64,000 nucleotides of DNA from positions 79,951-143,950 of the forward strand of contig JAGWWH010000001.1 of assembly GCA_018970485.1 (NCBI GenBank). The letters are read 5' to 3'. The notes under the pieces were generated by a model. It was given only the letters and a program-made list of their open reading frames with translations, ran no database searches and was not told the DNA's origin. The position numbers and the translations under genes were made by a program. The stretch's first letter is position 1; every line of letters starts with the position of its first letter. Source of the DNA: Pseudomonadota bacterium. GTDB lineage: Bacteria; Pseudomonadota; Alphaproteobacteria; Rickettsiales; UBA1997. Below are positions 35,901-42,902 of the stretch, piece after piece.

Positions 35901-38850
35901 ATCCGGAGCCACTGGTGATAATGATGCTTACGGATGGTTTAATGAACTTTGTATCACCCAAGGTTTTGAGCAGCAAAAAAAGCGAGTTGTGGCGAAGCTA
36001 ACCGATAATGGTGTTATGGGAAAATGCGTCATCGATGGAGTAACCGCTGCCGATTGTAGTGCTGGCGGTAAAAAGCCAGACTGCCCTTGTCTTGAATATG
36101 TAAACGGCACATCTCTTGCCGCAGATCAATACGATCGACTAGAAACAAGCCATGAAGCTGGTCTTTGCATCGACATACCTTTGCCGCAAGTTTGTCCGGC
36201 CATCAATCACAACCTGATACCAAATACTATTGAGGGTGATGAAAATTATATTTACAGCTCTCTACTTCAAGAACATTACGGCAACGATACTTCGCAATCT
36301 ACCAATGTGGTTCACATTTCTCATAGATATCGGACCGAAGGCTTATTAACTAATGATGGAGTGGTGATTCCAATCGCCGGACATGCCGAGTTTCCTCAAG
36401 CAATTTTCGGCTTTAACGATGTAACAGGAAGATGTGAGGGCTTCTGGGACGAAATTACAAATAGTGAAGGAGTTAAAGTTCCTCCAACAATGAGCTGCTT
36501 ATATTCTGCAGGATCGGCAATATGGGGAGAAGTGAGCAATCCTTGTGTTCGTTACTCTTGTCCTTTGGTTGATGCCTCACAAATTGACCCAAATGGATCT
36601 TATCCAAATGGTTACGGAGCTTCTGAAACTGGAGAAAATAAGGGCTCAAGCCACGGCTTTGCTAATTGGCCAGAAACTTCATTAACTAGCGATTTTGCCG
36701 TAGACTCTTCGGCGACAAGCTGCGTTACCGGATTCAAGAAAGCTAACTCAAGCATTATTATATCTAACTCCTCATCGCCAATATCCTCTAATCATAGCTG
36801 TGCGGGAGATTATGGAAATGCAAACCGAGCCGCTCTTTATTCCTGCATTAGTGGTTATAGCGGAGGCGCTTCACCAACCAGAAAATGTAATCAGACTGGA
36901 TCTTGGCAAACTCCAGAAAACTACTGCCAAAGAATTTCTTGTCCGGCAATCAACCCACCAACGCCTTCTGGATCTGACGATACTGCAAGTTGGGAACTTT
37001 GGAGCAATTCCGGTGGCGCCACCTTCCCTTCCGTTAATGCAGCTCGCAGCGAAACTTTGGTCGATGGATCAATAGTTAAATTATCCGCCACTTCAACTGG
37101 CACCTGTAATAATGATTTAGGATTTTTTCAAATTTCCGGTGGACCAGCGCCAACAAGAGTTTGTGATTATTTAGGAAACTGGAGTGCGGTAGAAAATCCT
37201 TGTATAACAAAATGTAACGCAATTTCTACTTCGACATTAGCCTCCAGCGAAGGCAACGGTCATGCTTATTGGTATGAAGCCATAAACATTCCCGTTCCTG
37301 GAGAATTACTAAGTACATCAAATGGCTGTTCTTCTCCATCAAATCCGCCAAATCCGCAATTCACCGATAACGGAGTATGCAAGACTAACGCTTTTAATGG
37401 CTGCGTTGATGGCTATTTTACATATCCTTATCCACCACTTCGTAACGCTTACGGAACAGCCTACACGCTTGGAAATTGTAAAACAGAAACTTGTCCAGCC
37501 GGAACAATTCCTAAGGACGTAAATAATGACACTAGAGCTGTCGGCAATCCCGAGCGTTATTGCAAATCAATTAACGTAGTTAGTAGTGCAAGCAGCGAAG
37601 TAAATGTTTGGACTTCAACCTCATCAAGCTGCGTAAATAGCTGTCCTGGATATGATGTTGATCCTAGAATCAATGTCGGAAAAACGGAGCACCCAGCCAG
37701 TAATAATGCAGATGGAAGTTTTAATGGAACACTAACAATCAATTGGCCAACTACAGCTTTCGGTCAAACTGCTTACATTAATTCGCCTAGTGATATTAAT
37801 ACCCATAACGGTTCTCACTATTATTATGGTAGAACCAACGGCTATTATTCTTTGTCGAGATATTGCAATCCAAATACTCATAAGTGGGAAAATCCTACTC
37901 CTTACTGCGCTACGAATAATGGACAAATCAAGGTTGGCCCATCAAATATTGCCGATGCTTTAGCAACCTACAATTCCCCAACTCCGCGCGTTGCCGTTGG
38001 ATCAACAACTGGAACGGGAACTTGTTTGTCAGGATCTTATTCTGATGCAAATGGAAGCATATCGGCCTCTGCCGCAACATGTTCTTACAAAGATGCCAAT
38101 GCCAATAACAGAATTGACGAAACTTATTTCGATACCGGTAGCGTAAAAAAATGTAATCCGATGTGCAGAAGTAGAAGCGGCGATAACTACGGAAATGGAT
38201 CAACTGACGCTACAAGTGGGGTTAATTACAAATATTACGTAGCCAACAGTCGGTTAAATCTTAACTGTAGAGACGGTTATGGTAGCACCATAATTTCTGG
38301 ATCATCGGTTAATAACTCTTACAATAGCTGTAATAGAAGCAATTACGGCGCAACAAGCGACCGTAGCCCTAATCAACCTTACACATTATGCACGCTAAAT
38401 AGCGATGGAAGCGCTTCATGGAGTACAATTTTAAATGATTGCAGCCTATGTAGAAGCTGTAGTAGAGCTACTTCCAGCATAATACCAAACAATAATAGTG
38501 TTGGTAATGGAGATAGCGCCCCTTCACAAAGCAAAGTATTCTCTGGTGAAAAAATCGTTCATTTTTATAGCAGCGGCCAGGAAAACTGTGGTAGCAACGA
38601 TGATGCAAGAGACATAACCGACTTCATAACAAACAAGTGCTCGACTAGTAGTTGGTTCAGCCTTTCTCATGGTCAATGCGTTAGAATGGGCTTTACTAGA
38701 GGCCAATCTTGTCGCAATAGCGCTGGTCAAACTCGCCACACTGACACCAATGCTTATTTTGATTTAGTTTGTTCGGACGGGGTATATGTGCCAGATACAA
38801 ATGCCAGCGCCTGCAGCGGAGCAACCAATAATATTTGTGAACGACGATAA
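32923..38850 (+). CDS. giant (1975 aa) cysteine-rich, N-terminally anchored surface/secreted protein of unknown function with Sushi/CCP-like modules
   Basis: Uninterrupted 5.9-kb ORF. One hydrophobic segment, AFVVLLLVFLAIFFA, near the N-terminus. Cys/Asn/Ser/Thr/Gly-rich throughout. No catalytic motif and no beta-barrel-like C-terminus recognised. Confidence 0.8.
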   Translation: MMNFGNPETTKITVKNSTAFVVLLLVFLAIFFAPKTSSSPPNQDCSAVIGTPQAGDNCLYFYPLPLCSAVPRAGWIIPSSSILEATTNPNHRVNCADLADLPLCNQLEDNGVTAYPLKNCVKECSDITGSGNRGIDYAVHNRDCIRFCGDVEEGVTTSGGDQNCVAKNCHQIEYNAGNPSASIAPNPTNNCNLLPCNLLTTNELNEAKFTNEATINYEYCKNENKCLDFAQTQLPYLIPNKSCKMHNCRVSCIDNATDDVQKIKDKGVSYTNDYQNYINSNYQIGTESDTLCQRTFCQPVIKNPLHCFPENNPEATIRNEQCDDPSTPGGICSGGYCYKTIDCNSETNNSLCQSSSTATVGSTEDSSVKSWFYRPKPMDSATNGSGVPRNFDADRFCYSKDNMLDNNWGEDAYITTIFGRIPLGYWHPFWEDPRSPGKCSANNIGVRGVGPEYLCGMNLNIYNKPNSYAGYHSGYTETTFNDIGGTSIVSVCLRFDAGGAIGRSCGKRECQVSCAFGECNQICGSDECVTLVVKEEDADECTMTNSLSAMPEGDSVELDGTTRECMKTIDEKIRIRAVRFDDYICTFLDIRGTFAYSPIYFDGSEKITLGGETPDTADDKTYCFSGTYDESTRNCNNSKNSNDAVSSDQRWRAIMQIPYIQNNQPSGEPRGYLDKNGRLFPEQGCIKIGHRITVPRLYNLANIENSPRIFTPPLYILNASTKRGGAISIPSGSQTFGDTDFHYPEITINFGSSTQKLSLGFGKTGYEESSTDIDPLSNATISTAIDGDITESLSAEVMVRKEFENASNRPTFCLYQKIKDENQTYLTPQRIGCVYRKYPEIDNSRTRLSSDNYYKLVLSSDTNNSYSSSKIVIRYLSSSLANASCESNPSSCSTPIILGNDDPSLETCDPPTQQSNSISVEQNKICVRRDECNKLNNECIQNEINLHNARATNQSIDSLLTIQNYCNRTLLPICNNKFGINTSNQATVYNPNPSGATGDNDAYGWFNELCITQGFEQQKKRVVAKLTDNGVMGKCVIDGVTAADCSAGGKKPDCPCLEYVNGTSLAADQYDRLETSHEAGLCIDIPLPQVCPAINHNLIPNTIEGDENYIYSSLLQEHYGNDTSQSTNVVHISHRYRTEGLLTNDGVVIPIAGHAEFPQAIFGFNDVTGRCEGFWDEITNSEGVKVPPTMSCLYSAGSAIWGEVSNPCVRYSCPLVDASQIDPNGSYPNGYGASETGENKGSSHGFANWPETSLTSDFAVDSSATSCVTGFKKANSSIIISNSSSPISSNHSCAGDYGNANRAALYSCISGYSGGASPTRKCNQTGSWQTPENYCQRISCPAINPPTPSGSDDTASWELWSNSGGATFPSVNAARSETLVDGSIVKLSATSTGTCNNDLGFFQISGGPAPTRVCDYLGNWSAVENPCITKCNAISTSTLASSEGNGHAYWYEAINIPVPGELLSTSNGCSSPSNPPNPQFTDNGVCKTNAFNGCVDGYFTYPYPPLRNAYGTAYTLGNCKTETCPAGTIPKDVNNDTRAVGNPERYCKSINVVSSASSEVNVWTSTSSSCVNSCPGYDVDPRINVGKTEHPASNNADGSFNGTLTINWPTTAFGQTAYINSPSDINTHNGSHYYYGRTNGYYSLSRYCNPNTHKWENPTPYCATNNGQIKVGPSNIADALATYNSPTPRVAVGSTTGTGTCLSGSYSDANGSISASAATCSYKDANANNRIDETYFDTGSVKKCNPMCRSRSGDNYGNGSTDATSGVNYKYYVANSRLNLNCRDGYGSTIISGSSVNNSYNSCNRSNYGATSDRSPNQPYTLCTLNSDGSASWSTILNDCSLCRSCSRATSSIIPNNNSVGNGDSAPSQSKVFSGEKIVHFYSSGQENCGSNDDARDITDFITNKCSTSSWFSLSHGQCVRMGFTRGQSCRNSAGQTRHTDTNAYFDLVCSDGVYVPDTNASACSGATNNICERR

Positions 38851-38865
38851 TTTAATTTTTGAAAT

Positions 38866-39339
38866 ATGATCCCAATCTCAATAATAATGGGCAGTAAATC
38901 AGACTTTGCGACAATGCAAAATGCCTGTGCAATTCTCGATGAGTTTAAAATTTCCTACGAAACAAAAATTGTCTCTGCTCATCGCACCCCAAAGCGTTTA
39001 TATGAATTTTGTGAATCGGCAAAAGAACGAGGCGTAAAAGTAATTATTGCTGGCGCTGGCGGCGCGGCTCATCTTCCAGGAATGACTGCATCAATGACTG
39101 ATCTTCCTGTTCTTGGCGTTCCCGTTGAAAGTCGTGCGCTTAAAGGTCTAGATTCGCTTCTTTCAATCGCCCAAATGCCAGCAGGAATTCCGGTTGGATG
39201 TCTAGCGATTGGCGAAGCTGGAGCCAAAAACGCGGCACTTTTAGCAATCGCGATTCTAGCTTTGTCTGATGAAAAACTGGCAAAAAAATTAAGAAAGTTT
39301 CGCGAAGATCAAACCAAGTCAGTCGCGATTAAACCTTAA
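38866..39339 (+). CDS. purE: N5-carboxyaminoimidazole ribonucleotide mutase
   Basis: 157 aa. [24 protein letters not shown] signatures. Confidence 0.9.
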   Translation: MIPISIIMGSKSDFATMQNACAILDEFKISYETKIVSAHRTPKRLYEFCESAKERGVKVIIAGAGGAAHLPGMTASMTDLPVLGVPVESRALKGLDSLLSIAQMPAGIPVGCLAIGEAGAKNAALLAIAILALSDEKLAKKLRKFREDQTKSVAIKP

Positions 39340-39539
39340 ATTTGCCTTTAAGATTTCCAGCTCTACAAAGCCGCGCCCTTCACTTAATTTTCGACTAAAT
39401 CCAATGCTTAAATCATTCGAATTACGCCAATTTCTTTTTGGATTTGTTTCGGTTCCAACATTAGGCCTGATTGGCACTAAACCACCATCATTCAAACCAA
39501 ACTCAAACAGATCCTTCCCTAAAAAATTTACAAACAACA

Positions 39540-39908
39540 ATGAAAGACCAAGAACATCATCACACTCGCCAAGAAAACTCTCCTAGAGAATACTCATCTG
39601 ATCGCCCTCGCCAAACTCGTCCAGACTCACGCAACTCATTTAAACCAAGAAAAAATTCATCAAAATTAATTGGGCAAATTTTTGGCTTAATCTACAATCT
39701 AGTTCTGCTTTATCTCGTTTATGACTTAGCAAAATCAGGTTCAGAAAAATTGGCATTAGGAATCTTTGCCATAAATGCAGCATTCATCTTCTTTGTTGCA
39801 GTCTCCGTTAAAAAATCTTTTAAACACAAACCTCACAACAGTTCTTACAGAGATGGGGGAAATAGATCTTCTCGCCCTTCTCGCTCTTCACAATCATCTG
39901 CTCGTTAA
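39540..39908 (+). CDS. small membrane protein with Ser/Arg-rich basic tails (hypothetical)
   Basis: MKDQEHHHTRQENSPREYSSDRPRQTRPDSRNSF... Two hydrophobic helices (IGQIFGLIYNLVLLYLVY, LALGIFAINAAFIFFVAV). C-terminal NRSSRPSRSSQSSAR. The track ORF starts earlier (39471) and the start is uncertain. Confidence 0.35.
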   Translation: MKDQEHHHTRQENSPREYSSDRPRQTRPDSRNSFKPRKNSSKLIGQIFGLIYNLVLLYLVYDLAKSGSEKLALGIFAINAAFIFFVAVSVKKSFKHKPHNSSYRDGGNRSSRPSRSSQSSAR

Positions 39909-39987
39909 GACATTACCCCCCATTCCGACTTCTTGTTTGTCTTCACCACTGAAGTCGGAAATCCAGATATCATCCAAAAAACAAATC

Positions 39988-40016
39988 CCAGATCCCCGCT
40001 CCTTTGCGGGGATGAC
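39988..40016. repeat. family B palindromic element fragment
   Basis: ccagatccccgctcctttgcggggatgac, upstream of the helicase gene. Confidence 0.55.
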
Positions 40017-40098
40017 AAGATGTTATTTAGGGGGTAACAACAGGATGCTGCTAACCTCTCTTTACCCAGATGTTCTTTAAAAATTTACTAAACAAAAA

Positions 40099-41901
40099 AT
40101 GACTACTTTCCAAGACCTCGGACTAAATCCAAAAATCCTTTCAGCACTTGATGCCAAGGGATACACAACTCCAACACCAATACAACTTCAAGCAATCCCA
40201 CATTTACTCGAGGGTAAAGATATCCTAGGAATCGCTCAAACTGGAACCGGTAAAACAGCCGCTTTTTCTCTGCCAATAATTCACAATCTCGTAAAAAGTA
40301 ACTCACCCGTTAAAAGCGGCTGCGTACGTACTTTGATTTTAACTCCAACAAGAGAGCTCGCTTCGCAAATCGCAGAAAATGTCGAGCTTTACGGTAAAGA
40401 CTTAAATCTCCGTCATGCTGTTATTTTTGGTGGTGTTTCTGAACGTCCGCAAATCACCAACTTGCAGCGCGGCGTTGATATTTTGATCGCAACTCCAGGG
40501 CGCCTTCTTGACCTTGCGAGCCAAGGCCACATTCGCTTCATGAATCTAGAAATTTTTGTTTTGGATGAGGCAGATCGCATGCTCGACATGGGATTCATCA
40601 ACGACATCAAAAAAATCATCGCCAAGCTTCCGGCAAAAAAACAAACACTTTTCTTCTCGGCTACCATGCCTTCAGTGATTAGCGGCTTGGCGGATTCGAT
40701 TCTTAAAGATCCAATAAAAATCGAAGTAACTCCTCAATCAACAACGGTCGAGCGCATTAAACAAAGAATTAACTACGTCGAAAAATCGAACAAATTAGCG
40801 CTTTTAAAACGCATCGTAAAAGACGAAGGTGCGACAAGTGTTCTGGTATTTTGCAGAACAAAGCACGGCTCAGATCGTGTTGAAGAATTTTTGGAACGCG
40901 GAGGAGTCAAAGTTGCCGCAATTCATGGCAATAAATCACAAGGCGCACGCGAAAAGGCTTTGGGCAGTTTTCGTGATGGGACTGTGCAAGTTCTAATCGC
41001 CACTGATATTGCCGCACGCGGTATCGATATTCCTGCGATCAGCCACGTAATTAACTACGACATCCCGATGGATCCTGAAAGTTACGTTCACCGTATCGGT
41101 CGTACTGCTCGCGCTGGCAGACAAGGCATTGCGATTTCTTTTTGCGATCCAACGGAAGTTAAACTTTTGCAAGCCGTCGAAAAAGTGATAAATTACAAAA
41201 TTCCAGTCGATCAAACTCATCCATTTCACAATGTTGATGCGGCTCCAACTGCACGTGATTCAAGGCGTGACGATCGCGATTTCGACTCAAGTCGCGGTAA
41301 AAGAACTTTTGGCTATTCAGTAAGTAAAGAGCGCAGATCTTCCTCTTCTTCTCGACCATCACGTGATCGCGACGACAGAAGAGACTCATCTTCTGAGCGC
41401 AGAGCACCAAGAGAAAGGGACGATTCTTTCGGCAACACCGACAGACCTCGCTCTTCTGACAGAAAACATAAGTCTGGCGGATTACTTGACTTCATCGGAT
41501 TGGGCAAAAAGAGGTTTGAAAAATCTGATCAACCAAGAAGCAGAAGTCCTCAATCAAGCCGAAGCGGCTCTGGTTTCGGCTGGTTCAAAAAATCAGATTC
41601 ACGCGATTCGGCGCCAAGAGGCGAAAGAAGCGAATCGAGACCTGATTCTTTCGGCAATAGAGAAAGAGCAGCTCAGCGCGGAGACAGAGAAAGAGGGGGG
41701 AAAAATGATCGTTTTCGCTCAAGCGGATTTGGTAGCGATAGCAGAAGATCTTCTTCAGACAGGCCGGAAAGAAGTGAGCGTCCTCGCTCAGGCGGATTTG
41801 GTAGCAGATTATCTTCTGGAAGACCTTCATCCGGTAGAACATCTCCAGGACCTAGAAGTGGCGGAAACAGAACTGACGGAAATCGCGGAAATAAATTCTA
41901 G
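40099..41901 (+). CDS. rhlE: DEAD-box ATP-dependent RNA helicase (RhlE-like) with long Arg/Ser/Asp/Gly-rich tail
   Basis: 600 aa. Q-motif region, AQTGTGKT, DEAD, SAT, HRIGRTARAG. The last ~200 aa are low-complexity (RSSSSSRPSRDRDDRRDSSSERR..., repeated R[SG]GGFGS units). Confidence 0.9.
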   Translation: MTTFQDLGLNPKILSALDAKGYTTPTPIQLQAIPHLLEGKDILGIAQTGTGKTAAFSLPIIHNLVKSNSPVKSGCVRTLILTPTRELASQIAENVELYGKDLNLRHAVIFGGVSERPQITNLQRGVDILIATPGRLLDLASQGHIRFMNLEIFVLDEADRMLDMGFINDIKKIIAKLPAKKQTLFFSATMPSVISGLADSILKDPIKIEVTPQSTTVERIKQRINYVEKSNKLALLKRIVKDEGATSVLVFCRTKHGSDRVEEFLERGGVKVAAIHGNKSQGAREKALGSFRDGTVQVLIATDIAARGIDIPAISHVINYDIPMDPESYVHRIGRTARAGRQGIAISFCDPTEVKLLQAVEKVINYKIPVDQTHPFHNVDAAPTARDSRRDDRDFDSSRGKRTFGYSVSKERRSSSSSRPSRDRDDRRDSSSERRAPRERDDSFGNTDRPRSSDRKHKSGGLLDFIGLGKKRFEKSDQPRSRSPQSSRSGSGFGWFKKSDSRDSAPRGERSESRPDSFGNRERAAQRGDRERGGKNDRFRSSGFGSDSRRSSSDRPERSERPRSGGFGSRLSSGRPSSGRTSPGPRSGGNRTDGNRGNKF

Positions 41902-41976
41902 ATTTTCCGCGCACTTACTTTCGACCCGTCAACAATTCATTATCGAGAACAAAGATTAATGAATCCGTTTCGATAA

Positions 41977-42795
41977 TTAAGGTTTCGATGAAAAGACAAA
42001 CCTAAGTCCTTTTGAGATCGCTAGCGGCAAGGTTGAGCAATGATATTCTCCTTCGAAAATTTCTAGTTTTGTGCTGATGTTTTCTAGCGCACTAATCTCT
42101 GCGTGGAATCTTTTTAGGTTCTTAAAAAAGTCGGGATGAAAGTTTTCGCAAGCGCCGGCGCTAAGATAAATTTTTGCAGGAATGACTTTGGAAAGATTTG
42201 AAATTTCCTCAAAAATTCGTCCATCTTCGTAATGAAAAATTGGACTGATAACGAGGTAATTTTGAAAAATTTCTGGATGATTTAGTGCGATCCAAGATGC
42301 GAATAGTCCGCCAAATGAATGGCCAATCAAGGTTCGCTCAGCCTTTGTTCTGTAGCTCTTATCAATGAATGGGATTACTTCTGACGCGATAAAATTTTTA
42401 AATTCTTCAGCGCGACCTGAATGTTTTACGATTTTAGCCTCAAGCTCCAAATCAGCGTGCGTAAAAAATTTGGTGAATTTGTCGAACTTCCAAGGCAACA
42501 AATCCCGAGCTCTGTGAATCTCGGCGCGAGCGTTGCGGGTTGATTCATCTAATTCTTTAAAATCTAAATCTGCGTGACCAATTCCGACAATAATTGCCTC
42601 GGGGATCATTGTCGCGAGCGACTTTGCAACGCCCAGCAAAATCAGAAAAATGAAATCTGGATCAGTCGTAAAAATAACCGGAAAACGCTCCTTGCTACCA
42701 CTATACCCAGCTGGAACGACTACAAAAAGCTCGTATTCAACGGCATTAATTTTTGATTTGAGGCGATGAGTCGTGGCGTTTGGGATGGGGAGCAT
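41977..42795 (-). CDS. alpha/beta hydrolase, 'putative esterase' family (siderophore-esterase/IroE-like)
   Basis: 272 aa. Nucleophile elbow GHSFGG. Confidence 0.65.
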   Translation of the reverse strand: MLPIPNATTHRLKSKINAVEYELFVVVPAGYSGSKERFPVIFTTDPDFIFLILLGVAKSLATMIPEAIIVGIGHADLDFKELDESTRNARAEIHRARDLLPWKFDKFTKFFTHADLELEAKIVKHSGRAEEFKNFIASEVIPFIDKSYRTKAERTLIGHSFGGLFASWIALNHPEIFQNYLVISPIFHYEDGRIFEEISNLSKVIPAKIYLSAGACENFHPDFFKNLKRFHAEISALENISTKLEIFEGEYHCSTLPLAISKGLRFVFSSKP

Positions 42796-42902
42796 TTTAT
42801 TTTTAATTTTTAATCGGAGTTAAAAACTTTCGTCGGTCGAGCGGAGTTAAGACTTGGCGAATAAAGCCTTTAGAGGTATCGACTGTGCTCGAGCGATGAA
42901 TT

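Noticed and set aside
41363-41959. 198-aa alternative-frame ORF overlapping the 3' third of the helicase gene.
   Set aside because: It is produced by the repetitive, purine-rich DNA encoding the RS/RG tail. The helicase frame is continuous from the conserved core to its stop, and nothing independent supports the overlapping frame.
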